A stretch of DNA of 63,807 bases, filler included, from Octopus bimaculoides (GCF_001194135.2; 5 parts of 5 records of this genome joined end to end with filler, not necessarily neighbours in it), one strand, 5' to 3'. Numbered from the whole stretch's first letter, positions 1 to 12,941 are shown. The notes: generated by a model not told the origin, from the sequence alone. Numbers and translations are program-made.

Positions 1-104
1 GTTTGTTTGACTGGGTGTCGTTTGTTTGACTGGGTGTCATTTGTTTGACTGGGTGTCGTTTGTTTGACTGGGTGTCGTTTGTTTGACTGGGTGTCGTTTG
101 TTTG
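1..104. repeat. 19-bp minisatellite (GTTTGTTTGACTGGGTGTC) x about 5.5
   Basis: Directly visible tandem unit; runs into a SINE 3' tail at about 105-170. Confidence 0.9.
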
Positions 105-1834
105 ATTAAACCCTTCAAAGCGGTACCCCAGCATGATCACAGTCTAATGACTGAAACAAGTAAAAGATAAAAGAGAATATTAAATAAGAAAAACAACAGG
201 CTGGAGATTGGTAATCAATATATTATTTAGCTACATCTAGCTACATCTCTATTTTCCCTTCTTATCCATTCTTTTTTCTTTCTCTATCTCTATATACGCC
301 AGTAAATTCTATAGACTATATATAAGTGAGCTTTCCAAGTGTTCATCAACTGCATTATTTCGTATCCATGTCTGAAGACTTAAAAGTGGGAGATATCCTA
401 CATTTCTATACATATATGTATATTTCTATTATGATTTTATTATATTTATATTGTTATTAATATCAATAGTTATCGGAGTCGATAAAATAAGTACCAGTTG
501 AACACTGAGATCAATGTAATCGACTTCTACCCCACTCAAAATGTCTGACCCTGTGCCAAAATTTGAAACCATTGTATTATACTATATTTTATTTAGAGAG
601 AAGCGGAGACGTGCGAATAAATTTCATTATGCTAAAGGCATCTATTTTGTCGACTATTTATCGGAAGGATGTAATCAAAAGATACGGTTGGATTTGAACT
701 AAAAACAGTCTGATCCAATATATTCAGTGAAGTTTCTACTGCGGTGGTGTACAGTCACATCAATCTGAACGTATTAAGTTTCGTATCTTCTGAATTATAG
801 AAGACAAGATATATTAGTGATGGCGCCTTTTCGAATGAGGGATAATTTCGCAGAGAAAGTGGAACAGCTTTAAAAAGCAACTCGAAACTTTTTATTGTAC
901 GATACTTACATATGTCATATATATTGATTACTTATCTTGATTGATGGAGGTTCTGGATTGAATGAAGTGGCCTTAGGTTATAACAAATACTTTTTATCGA
1001 ATTTGGAGAGATGAAGGACAGAATGAGCCCCCTATTGGGTTTGAGATAATATTGATATTAAAATGATTTTCTTATTCTCTTCAGTCTCTTGAATGAAACA
1101 TTATACTCTTCAGTAAAAGCCGTATAAACTAACACAATTTTAAGATTAGCAATACCATATGTTTCCCGATGATATTTTAAAATGTATTTTAGATCATCAA
1201 ATCATAAAACCGTTACTTTTTCCAAAATCAGAAACTCAGTCAATTAATGGCAGTATTTTTTCTTATAGGAAGAAAACACGAAGTTCAGTCATGTAAAACA
1301 AAATAAAATTAAATAGAAACAAAATGTGTTGACTCTGTTCCCAGCTGTATTTGGGGGACCATATGTGAGACTAGTATTTATATTATTACAGATTTACAGA
1401 TCCTTGTGTGTATCGTTTTTAAAAAGCTTTTATAAACACAATTTCAGTTCTCTTGGATATTTTTAGTTGCCTATATGATTGTGCCCGATTGCCGAATTGA
1501 TAAACAAACAGATACTTTTGTAATGGTAGGTGGGTATTTCTTTTAAGCAGTAGTGAAAGCCTTTTTAGGGATAATTTACAGCCAGAACAGTATTAGTAAC
1601 AGAAACAATGATTTGTCTTCTTTTCGTTTTGTTTTAATGTTCATTGTATGTTGTGAATATTTACTCCGTGTGTTTAGGACGGTGAAGATATTGCCAATGA
1701 CCAAACGCTGGATATTATCTATTTATCTTAAAGATAATAGATATGGTAGTTTATAATCATCAGACGTTATCTTAAGTTATTAAAAATTACACAAGATGCC
1801 ACAGAAATTCCAATCAAGAATATGTTTTACTCTT

Positions 1835-2450
1835 ATTTAATACGGATTTCAAAATTTGGCACAAGGCCAGCAATTTCGGGGAGTGATTACATCGACACCA
1901 GCATTCAACTGGCACTTATTCCGACTCCAGAAGGATGAACAGCAAAGTCGACTTCGGCGGAATTCAAACTCAGGACGTAAAGGCGGACGAAATGCCGGCA
2001 GGCTGACGCTTCTGTCAGTTCGCTACCTTACATTCTTATTTAATATTGGTTTCAGATTTTTGCACAAGGTCAATAGTTATTTTGGGGGATGGACCAAATC
2101 AATTAAACTGACTCCAGTACTCAACTGGTACTTATTTTGTCGACCCCGAAAGTAGGTGAAAGGTAAAGTGGATCTCGGCGGAACTTGAACTCAGAACGTA
2201 AAAACAGACGAAATGCCTATTTCGTTATTGCCCACAAGGGGCTAAACATAGAGGGAACAAACAAGAACAGACGAACGGATTAAGTCGATTACATCGACCC
2301 CAGTGTGTAACTGGTACTTAATTTATCGACCCCGAAAGGATGAAAGGCAAAGTCGACCTCGGCGGAATTTGAACTCAGAACGTAACGGCAGACGAAATAC
2401 CGCTAAACATTTCGCCCGGCGTGCTAACGATTCTGCCAGCTCACCGCCTT
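1835..2450 (-). mobile_element. Three head-to-tail copies of SINE family A (tRNA-derived)
   Basis: Reverse complement of the recurrent block gagctggcagaatcgttagc...ttctgagttcaaattccgccgaggtcgactttgcctttcatcctttcggggtcgataaa, which occurs more than 25 times in the window. Confidence 0.85.
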
Positions 2451-3001
2451 ATTAACTATTAAGGTAGTGGATGTGGCCTAGATAGCAGAGCAATGGAATT
2501 AATGTATCCGAGAATTTAGTCTCCCCATCTTACGTACTGTGTTTAATTTCTAGTAGGGTTGTTCCCTTTCATCAAATTCAAACAAATCCAATTAATTATA
2601 ATCCGTCTCTAAAAGTAAGTGTTATCGTGCCACTTTGTTAATTAATAATTAACTCTAAAAGGAACAACTGAGACTGCCTAGAGAGTAAACTGTTTGAGAA
2701 AATGCATTAATACACAAATACATAATACCGACCCACCACCAGCGTGTGGCTAGCAGTGAGTACGCTTCTAAAAGCTGAAATGCATCTGGCGTTCGCGCTA
2801 GCTGCAGCTGGGCTGAATTTTTGTCTTTCTCTGATATTCATTATGGTTTTAACATAGTACGTCCATCAGAGATGTTATCTCACGAAAGATGCCGCAGTAA
2901 CTGGTCTACCGACAATATGTATACATTAAGTGTGATACATAAATGGCTCTTATAATTAAATAATCTTTCAGCTGCGTATACTATATATATAAATAATATT
3001 G

Positions 3002-3038
<37 letters not shown>

Positions 3039-4139
3039 GTTTATCAATTTGTGTTGCAAGATTTCTGATGCTAAATCGTGTGTTGAAACAGATATTGTTG
3101 TATTTCGGCATTTCGGGCTGGTCAATGATTCTTTTGGCGATAGAACAAATATATAGTGCGTGTGTTTATTTGGAGGAAAAAAAAATGAGCGTCCCGAAAT
3201 ACAAAAATTGGCGTAGTCGTTAGAACTTATGATAAAATGTTTTGTTGTACTTGTTACAGCTCTCAGAGTTCGAATCCTGCTTAGGTCCACTTTACCTTTC
3301 AGTTAAAGGCCAGCAATTTTTGAAGGAGAAGTTGTTGACTAATTACATCGTTCCAGTACTTAATTGTATCTGGTTGAAAGGCAAAGTTGATTTTGGCAGG
3401 ATTTGAGTTCAGAAGATAAATAGCCGAAATCTAAAAATAATATGTCACTATTATAACTATTACATCATATTTAATTATACGTAACAAATTCAAATTCGCT
3501 CTCAAATGTTAAATATAAAAGTGGCAGACAATTATGATGACTCTCTATTGTAAACATTAACTTGTTTATTTATGACTTTTTTCTTAAAAAAACTTGATAT
3601 AATTTAAAAGTTGCATCTTGCATAATCTAATCATAGTTTAGTCTATTATTTGAGTTTTTATTCTCCTAAAATGTTTGCGGGAATCCGAATTTTTTCTTTT
3701 TTTGTATTGCACACAAATAGTTCTCTGCTTAAATTTCGAAAGCTAATTAAGATTAAGATCACGAAATTATTTGGCCCTGATTAATTTTCCTGTATCGTTT
3801 GATGGATACTAGCAGCAGAAGTAACGACAACGAAACTATTGAGTTAATGTGGGAACCTCTACAACAGCAGTTCCCACCCAACCTTGCACCATCGTGGCTT
3901 ATTTTAGCAAAATCAATAATCTTTCACGGCTCTTTTTTTTTTATATAAATATTTAAATAGGATACAAGCAACTTAAAAAAGAAACAACAACCATACATTA
4001 ACCCTTGATATATTTCGATAAATATTCCTCAGTTTTTTTTTGTAAGTAATTAATATTGTATTGTAGTGCATATGTCTATCGCTTTTGGTCAAATATATTC
4101 AGGAACGTTTTACATTTTACTAAATGTTTTACTAGTTTT

Positions 4140-4330
4140 TCAAAATTAGTAATCCAATGGTTGAAAACTACAGATTTCGCTGTCACTCAATTTGCTAAAA
4201 GTAGCAGCTAAATTTCCCCTAGATCACATCTTATCGTTTTAGAAAGAGGAAGGACACATTGGCTAATGCAGTTCTAAAAGTACAAAAAGAAGACAAGGTA
4301 ATTTCGAGGATGCTTTTACTCTATATGTCT
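4140..4330 (+). mobile_element. SINE family C fragment
   Basis: Shares ctaaaagtagcagctaaatttccc...ggacacattgg with the copies at about 13385, 42460 and 60975. Confidence 0.55.
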
Positions 4331-4700
4331 GCTCAGTGAGAGCAGACTTGGGTAAACAGCAACAACTAAACTGTTGTATGATGTTGTGTTATATACTTAC
4401 ATTAATTATTGCCTTCGAAATGAATTTCCTATATAATTGCGTAAAGGAAATAAATTCACCGTTTCTACTGTCAAAAACGTGCAATCTGAAATCTGGTCAT
4501 TTTCCATTTACTACAAACAAGGTAGAATACTGTTGTTTCAAGCAACTCGCAAAAATGATCTTGACAAAGGACGACAAAAAATTAAGAAGGTCCTCTTTAC
4601 CATAAAAATTCAGTGACAGACAAAACATTTATGAGGCATTATCAAAATACTTAGGAGAAAGAAATCCTATGTAACTCCATATCATTATTACAAACCGGAA

Positions 4701-5135
4701 GGTGGTGAGCTGCTAGAATTGTTAACACGCCGGGCGAAATGCTTAGCAGTATTTCATCTACAGTTACGATCTGAGTTCAAATTCCGCCGAGGTCGACTTT
4801 GCCTTTCATCCTTTCGGGGTCGATAAATTAAGTACCAGTTACGCACTGGGGTCGATGTAATTGACTTAATCCCTTTGTCTGTCCTTGTTTGTACTCTCTG
4901 TGTTTAGCCCCTTGTGGGCAATAAAGAAATAAGAATTGTTAGCACACCGAACACAATACTTAGGTGCATTTCATCCATCTACATGTTCTGAGTTCACATT
5001 CTACCGAGGCCGACTTTGCCTTTCATCCTTTTGAGGTCGATAAAATAAGTACCAGTTGAGCAAGTGGGGTCGATGTGATGGACTTAATCCCTCCTTCGAA
5101 ATTACTGGCCTTGTGCCAAAATTTGAAATCATTAT
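4701..5135 (+). mobile_element. Two tandem copies of SINE family A
   Basis: Same block on plus; the first copy is near-identical to the reverse complement of 2218-2450. Confidence 0.85.
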
Positions 5136-5359
5136 TATAAGTCGGATATTGACAGTAATATCTACTTTTATCATTATACCAAAGGAATACGCTTTTAATT
5201 TAACGGACAGCTTATATTAAGATTGGTTGAAAAATAAGAACAATGTTTTTCTTCACTGAAGAAATAGAATAAGTTGCTAAAAAGTTGGATGACATATTGT
5301 TTGATTACACACACACACACATTATGATCTAGCTTAGGGACATGGCGTATGTTTTAGGG

Positions 5360-6530
5360 CAGGAGTTTTAAACTCAAAGACGAAAAATTCATTATGTCCC
5401 GGGGAGAAGCCCAGACGGCCAAAAGTGAGACGAGGGGAGCACGATTTCTGCCAATAATAATGCTAACATGTAAAAGTGATAGGCTGCTGTTTAACTATTC
5501 ACCAAAATCAATACGCATACGACAGTAAGTGGGATGTGTGAATTAATACAAAATGTAAATAAAAATAGTGTTATGATATTTGTTTACTGAATTCGGACTC
5601 TGTAAGTGAGGCTAAATTGAATTCTAATTACCTTGAAGATGATTTATAGCAACGTTTTGAAGTAATCACTGATTCTATGTTCAGATTCGGATCACGTAAA
5701 TTGGCCAGCCTCCATACGGATTGTAGTTGTTCATCAGTTAGTTTTGAGTGCAACACAGGTTTATATATTTTCATTATCGAGAAAAATTACTCACAAACAT
5801 GTGTTCCCAAATGTGGTCAAAATTTTACGAAGATGAGGCAAGCAATTTGGGAAATATCTCACTTGGAAGAACTGGTAGAAATCAGGAACACCAACCTCTG
5901 CATATTTCTGCTTCAGTATGGTATCACACTGAAGGTGCAGTAGCTCCATCTGAAATTCTTCAGAAACAGTATTAACATCCACGGTCAGTGGAATCGCAGA
6001 AATCATAAATTCTACCTGCATATTCTTTCAAGCACTGTGGTTCAACTTTCTCCAAGGCCGTGAAGCAAACTGAGTTCCTGCCTGCAAGCTGCTTTGCCCA
6101 CAATAAAAGCTTACGCTTGAAAGACTTCACGTTGTCGCACATCATTTTTATAACCAGCTTTCGGTCCTGGTGCTTCAAGTTTAGAACATTAAGATAGTTA
6201 TTCAGATCAGTGAGGAATGCAAGCGTAGAAACAAAGATGGGATCACTTAAAATGGGAGTATCATTTCATTTTATTGCCAAGAACAATCCAATTTCTTCTC
6301 TTAAAGTGAAAATAAAAAATCGAACAAAGAAAAAAAACACCTCTTTAAAACATTCCCTCGATTGATCCCCCTTACTTCAGAATGGTACAAAGGCTTTCCA
6401 TATTCATTATCCATAGCGGATAGAAAAGATTCACACTGTTGGTGCTTGAGAGTTCTTGCTTGTATAAAATTGATGGTTTTCACAACCACACCCTAATGTT
6501 TTCAATCCGTAATCTTCCACTATACATTGC
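5360..6530 (-). mobile_element. hAT (Buster/SPIN-like, GTF2IRD2-type) transposase remnant, one end retained
   Basis: Broken minus-strand frames VVKTINFIQAR..HSEVR..NRGNVLKR, NVKSFKRKLLLWAKQL and EEFQMELLHLQCDTILKQKY..FGNTCLCE match recalled Buster-type hAT transposases. hAT-like terminus caggagttttaaactcaa at 5360, preceded by an nnnTAnnn site (ttttaggg). Confidence 0.85.
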
Positions 6531-6998
6531 TTCATGATGCAAAATGTAATGGATAACAGAAATGGGCAAACCTAGATTGTTCAGCTTTTCTTTAAGAAGG
6601 CCTACTAAACCCACTTTAGGTCGACTTTACCTATCATCCTTTCGGGGTCGATGTAACCGACTTACCCCTTCCCCGAAATTGCTGGCCCTGTACCAAAATT
6701 TGAAACCAATATTATGCAAACATGTCAAGCATTGTATATTATCCTTTACATGTTACAAAATACAAATTTTCCCACTTTTCATGAAAGCTTCGGTTCTCCT
6801 CGGTAATACCTCTTTTATCTGACATCGTCGATATCTTATTTTAATTATGTGGTTGACCAAAAAAACACTTCATTCTTCAACAAAATTTCTCTTTATTAAA
6901 TAATCTGCTCTCAAAAATTTTCTGTGATTTTTCTATTTGTGTGTGTTTGATGTCTATCATTCTCCTTTACACCAATATGAATTGTCAAATCTATACCA

Positions 6999-7036
<38 letters not shown>

Positions 7037-7452
7037 AATCTTCATGTTCTGTTGTGTGAGGTTGTATACCATCTCAGTTACATTTCCTACCACAACAGGT
7101 CTTGAAACAAGCCACGTAATTATATATGTATGAGCCAGCATTTCAGATTTAGCTAACGTTGTTATTTAATGTGTATAAAATCAGTTTTTGATCTTGAAGT
7201 GAAAGCAACTGAAATATTAAGGTACATTCTACCTTTTCTAGAGGAAACACATGGTCAGACCCTGACTGACCTTAAAAGTGATTGATTGTGTGTTTGCATT
7301 AGTATGGCAGATCAAACTCAATACTGCTGCTGCAAGAATTATGGATGGGGCGAGGGACAAATTACCAAGTTTTAGGAAAATATTGGTTCTGCCGCGGGTA
7401 ATAGAAAAGTAGTTTACAAATCTAAAAGCGTGAGTACAGAGCGTAATAATAA

Positions 7453-7656
7453 TTAACGAATGACAAGAGAACAGGAGTAACCTTCACTAGCTTATAGCTT
7501 ATAGCTGTTTCTGTTGATCGAGCGACCACATAGAAGTTCTTCAACTCTGAGAAAGCTACAGTATTTTGCACAAACACTCAACTCTCAGTACACCGAACTG
7601 TAGGTGTATGAAGGTGATTACGTGATTAAGTGACTCTTGTTCTCCTCATTCGTTAA
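7453..7656. mobile_element. About 200-bp MITE with about 30-bp terminal inverted repeats
   Basis: ttaacgaatgacaagagaacaggagtaac at the left versus gtgactcttgttctcctcattcgttaa at the right; TTAA at both ends. Superfamily not assignable. Confidence 0.7.
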
Positions 7657-7770
7657 TATATGCGTGAGTGTGTGTGTGATAGTTTGCATGAGCTTCGTTA
7701 TGGATAGTTTCACTTTCGGAGAATGAATTTTACGCTGTGATAAAGTATCAATAAGATAATTATCACATGT

Positions 7771-7998
7771 TGGTTTCAAATTTTGGCACAAAGTTTAACA
7801 ACTTTTTTGCTGGAGAGAGTGGCATAAATAAATCGATTACATCGACCCCAGTGCTCAACTGGTGTTTATTTTATCGACTCTAAAATGGTGAAAGGTAAAT
7901 TCGACCTCAGCGGAACTTGAACTCTGAAAGTAAAGGCTGACAAAATGAAGGTAAGCGTTTTGTTTGGCGCATTAAAGATTCTGCCAGCTTGCCAACTT
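7771..7998 (-). mobile_element. SINE family A copy
   Basis: Full reverse-complement match from the ggtttcaaattttggcac tail to the ctgccagct head. Confidence 0.8.
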
Positions 7999-8100
7999 AA
8001 GATATTTACCAAATATTAATAAACGAAATAATTGCCAGTTTCAAGACGATTTCTCACTAAATACAGATTCTGAAATTGGAATCAATGTTGTTCAATATTA

Positions 8101-8632
8101 GGATCTTTTTTAAAACGGGGGCCACATTTTTCATTAACGAAACACTTTGAAATTTGGAACACTGGTAGAATGTGTCATATAAAACATCTTTTTCTCTTAG
8201 TCTTCTTAAAAAAAAAAAGAAATCCCTCAGTTATTCCATGTTAAAGTTGTCGTATTTCTGTAATTTCAACCAATCACTGACGTCCATTNNNNNNNNNNNN
8301 NNNNNNNNNNNNNNNNNNNNNNNNNNNNNNNNNNNNNNNNNNNNNNNNNNNNNNNNNNNNNCAAAAAGCAAAACGAAGCTATGGAAATTAAATACGCTTT
8401 ACACCGCTTAATCAGCCAAAGGAGTAAATGTAAACAACTGAATACTTGTCAGTGATTGGTTGAAATTATCGAAATAAGACAATTTTTTACATGAAATAAA
8501 TTCGAATACAAAAATATTTTTGTGTTCTATAACACAAAATAGATAAGTATACGAAGTTTGAAAGTCTTTCGGTACCAAAAACACTACGTAAAACATTAAT
8601 GAAAAATGTGGCCCCCGTTTTAAAAAAGATCC
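8101..8632. mobile_element. Merlin-like non-autonomous element, copy 1 (centre in N gap)
   Basis: TIRs ggatcttttttaaaacgggggccacatttttcattaa; exact 8-bp TSD caatatta (8093-8100, 8633-8640); homologous to 48276-48936. Confidence 0.8.
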
Positions 8633-9160
8633 CAATATTACATACCTCTATATCAAATCCACAAACCAAAACAAAACATGTTAATCCATTATATAGATTT
8701 TTAACACAGGCAGCAAATTTTGAGTGAGAGTAGAGCCAATTACATCGATCTGAGTTATATGAGTGCTCATTATTTTATCGTTCCCTGAGGACGAAAAGGA
8801 AGGTGATCCGTTGGGCATTTGAACTGAGACAGTCTAAATATTTCTTTGCGCCTGTCCCAAATCTGACACTCTACTAGTCTTTATTATACAAGGGGTGAAA
8901 AATTAACCGAAGAAAAAATTTTACTTTTCTCTCGAAGTATAGATTCTCGTTAAGGATTGTAAATTTTAATTGCCTATAGTAATTTTTTCTCGTTATGTTC
9001 CTTTTAGCGTTAACCACACTTTGAAATTAAAATACTGATGTACCTGGAGGGTTGAATGTATAGAAACAACAAATTTAAATTACATCATGTATAGCAAGTT
9101 TTTAATATAATGATTTTTGTATAGGATCATCTTTGGATATATTCTTTATGCGCATGTCAC

Positions 9161-9220
9161 GTATATGCATCTATTGTATATGCATCTATTGTATATGCAT
9201 CTATTGTATATGCATCTATA
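9161..9220. repeat. 15-bp tandem repeat (GTATATGCATCTATT) x4
   Basis: Directly visible. Confidence 0.9.
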
Positions 9221-9789
9221 TGTATCTATTATGTATGAGTGTGAGTGTGTGTGTGTGTATGTGTTTGTGCGTGAGTATGTACACATATACACATGTACAG
9301 AAATACAGACACTCACATACTCACGCATACACTTGTACACACACACACACACACACACGCACAGAGCCAATCTCACTACGCTCACATTTCCTCCCTCAGG
9401 AATGTACGTCTGCACGCACTCATATACACACGCACGCACGCACACATACACACACACATGTGCACACCCACGCACACTGATACACATGCATACGTGCACG
9501 TTACTCAGTCTCTTGACCTAACCTCTGTTAGCCGTCGTACCGACGCATGCATACACATCTAACTTACACTATAGACTAAGTCACACATGCTCACATATAC
9601 ATGAGCTTGGAAACACACATACGCTCACTCACACACAGACACACTGTTTATACATACACACATGCAGTTCATATACACGGTAAACACATACAAATATATA
9701 CATATGTACACATACACACAAAATACACATGTACTCTCACATATAAGGGTACACTCACACATACATATTCACACACACATTGACACGTA

Positions 9790-10030
9790 CCAACAGATAC
9801 TGTCCTGCCATTAAAAACCGCAATTACCTCTCTCACATTTCCGGTTACTCTGAAATCGCACATGCGAGTCACCCGCGTGCATTTTTTCCTAGCTATCTTC
9901 TCTTTTCTCATCTTTTTTTGTCTTATATTTTTCTTCTTTCCAGGATTATTCTTTTTGGGCCCGATGAAGGACTATGTCCGAAACGTTATTGTTTGGTTCT
10001 ATAATTTTTCCTTTATATAAAACTATTTTC
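9790..10030 (+). mobile_element. Possible Penelope-like terminal fragment
   Basis: Contains ccgatgaaggactatgtccgaaacgtt, a CTGAnGAAG...CGAAAC-type signature, followed by a pyrimidine-rich tail. Confidence 0.4.
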
Positions 10031-11389
10031 TTTCTTTGGAAAAAGTTATATATAATTGCCATCTGCGTCAGACAGATGGCAATTAGACAAAATAATGAAA
10101 ACAGGGTAGTTACATAACTATATCAAAGGTTACGAACTAGAGGAAATAAGAACAATTTCTTCATTATACACATTTATTTGCACAAATAAGATTTGTGTAA
10201 ATCCATTTTGTAATTAATTAGTGAATTAATTGATTAAGTCATTAATTTACTCTCTATCATTCTCATCACATCTTAAAGTTATTACCATAAAACTTTAAGA
10301 TCTGATGTGATTAGAAGTGGGTAATCTGTTTCATTGATTGATTAATTAATGATGATATGGATTTGCATTATTTTTATATATATATATATATATNNNNNNN
10401 NNNNNNNNNNNNNNNNNNNNNNNNNNNNNNNNNNNNNNNNNNNNNNNNNNNNNNNNNNNNNNNNNNNNNNNNNNNNNNNNNNNNNNNNNNNNNNNNNNNN
10501 NNNNNNNNNNNNNNNNNNNNNNNNNNNNNNNNNNNNNNNNNNNNNNNNNNNNNNNNNNNNNNNNNNNNNNNNNNNNNNNNNNNNNNNNNNNNNNNNNNNN
10601 NNNNNNNNNNNNNNNNNNNNNNNNNNNNNGTATCAATCCATTGAATGATGACCCTCCTTTAATTTTCAGTTTGTATGGAATACTCTGTGGATTAAATGCA
10701 TGTAGATTCCAATTTTCCTCACTTGACATTCTTTCTGTTAGTCAGGCTTCACGATTGGAGTACAGACCGAAAAATTCGTCTAAATTTAACCCCTATTTCT
10801 CTCGTTATACAAGTGTGTGTGTGTGTGTGCGTGTGTGAGTGAGTGTGGGTGTGAGTGTGTGTAAGTGTGAGTGTGGGTGTGAGTGCGTGTGTGTGTGTGA
10901 AATTCAATCTTGTTTGCTTGCATTGTCACACAGCCAAACCGGCGCATAATAGGAAAATACTTTGAAAGTAAAGTGCCCCTGAAATGTGAATACAAACGGA
11001 ATAAAACAAGTAGGGGTTATACCCCAAGCGGTGCATAATGGGAAGATACTCCGAAAATAACTTTAAAAGGGAATAAACTCTAACCTTTCCATTAGACACA
11101 TTATGATGGGAAAAATACTTTTAAGCGAAAGTGACTTTAAAAATACGGTAAATATTTCGTAAAAGACCCGGTCATAACCTCGGTGTGACAGTTTTTTTCT
11201 TTTCCATAGATTTTTTTTGAGTGCATTCAATGTATCTCACCTCCAAAGATTTAGCTGCAATTTCTAGCACGCTCTTCTACTACTATTTGCAATAAAGGAC
11301 ACGAAATACCAGTTACGTGGTAGCAGGGTGTGCAAGAAATAGCAACCAAACCTTTCTTTTTCTGGGGAAAGGAGCCGTTTTCCAGATCG

Positions 11390-11700
11390 CTCATCGTCTT
11401 CCAGGGACGTTCTTCTGCTTTTGAAGTTCCCGTGCCATTCGAAACATTGCGTTCAACCCGTCGCCTCGTTCCGTAAGGCTGCCCAAGCATGCTCAATGTG
11501 CCTGTTGTAGACTTCCCAAATTTAACGCAAAATCCCACGTTGGCTTTTTGTTCCAACTTCCTGTCCATGGTAAAATCGCAGACTACGGCATACACGTTAC
11601 CACGAAAACACAAATTTCTCAACTTGCGAAGTAAACACAGCGATGTTACTAGGCATACTGCCTCATGAAGGTCACTGCTAGACCTCACTGCGTACGCAAC
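11390..11700 (-). mobile_element. Mariner transposase N-terminal remnant
   Basis: MDRKLEQKANVGFCVKFGKSTTGTLSML resembles the mariner N-terminus EQRANIKFCVKLGKSATETLEML; frameshifted afterwards. Confidence 0.8.
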
Positions 11701-11874
11701 CATGTGCTGCCATCTGTTGGCGCGCTATCTTTTATTTCTTTTGTGTTTCAGCTATGCGGCTGCGGTCATGCTGGAGTACCACCGTGACTTTGTACCGTTT
11801 TCACAGCCATCTTATGTAATCGATTTCTTCTATGTGGTGGAATTTGTTCTGTACTTTTTTTCTTGCATGTACTT

Positions 11875-12150
11875 TTTCTTGGTTTATATTCGGTGTATGA
11901 GAGAGTTTGATACTGCAGCCATTGTCTGTACTTCATGCCGGATTTTGGTTCATCTGATATCGTGGATAGGAGAATGTCCAGTTTCTTCTTGAAAATATTC
12001 ACATTCACATTGTGCAGGTTTCTTAATATTTTCGGCAAAGCATTGAAGAGCTTTGGGTCTTTGAGCCTCAAGTTGTTGCAGTACTTGTTTCTTAGTTTAG
12101 ATGGAGCGGGCTGTATTTTTGGTCCTACGCAATGGCTTTCGGTACGAGCA
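11875..12150 (-). mobile_element. CR1/L2-type LINE 3' end fragment
   Basis: LKDPKLFNALPKILRNLHNVNVNIFKKKLDILLSTISDEP resembles the C-terminus of CR1-group ORF2 (P.LFN.LP..LR.....FK..LD). Confidence 0.7.
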
Positions 12151-12941
12151 TTTGTATAACTCCTCCGCATATAAATTATTACATATTTCTCTCTACATAC
12201 ATACATACAAACATACATACAATTACATACATACATACGTACATTCATACGTACGTAGGTACATGCATATATAGGTGTGCATGCGCGCGATTGTGCATGT
12301 TTTGTTACATCGAGGAAAACGTTCGAATGCTGAATAGAAACTGTGTCGAGCAGTTCTCTTAAGAAACAGCAAAAAAAAAAAAAATCCAAAACAAAAACAA
12401 AAATAAAACAAAAACAAAGCAAATGAACGAAGTATAAAGTATTATATCAACTGAGAGCTATGTGAAAATGAGTGATAGCGAAAATGAGAGTTGATAGCTG
12501 ATTGATAGTTTGGAGTGTCGAAGATAGAATAACAATCACGTTGTAGAGTTGCAGTGAAGGACGGATTTTGTTCAGATAGTTTTCACAATGTCCGATATAA
12601 TTGTTTCTATGTGAATGTTGTGTATAAACATCTAGTGCCACTCGAGTACAGTGTTTAATTTAAACACAAGCTCATAAATGTTACAGTGAGATGCAATAGT
12701 TATAGGAAACTGACTATCTTGCTTTAGGGAACAATCTGTACTTGAAGTCATTAAAGACATGAAACATTTTTGTTGAGATTTGTTGTCTAAACAACCGCAT
12801 GTTTTAGTTCTTTAGTCTTCTGTATCATCTTACATAACAGAATACTTTGTTTCTATCGAAAAAAGTCAATAAACATCTTTTTGCTTATTTTAACCGAGTT
12901 TGCAGAGTCAATTTTAAAACATCGTTGTGATTAATTTAAAT

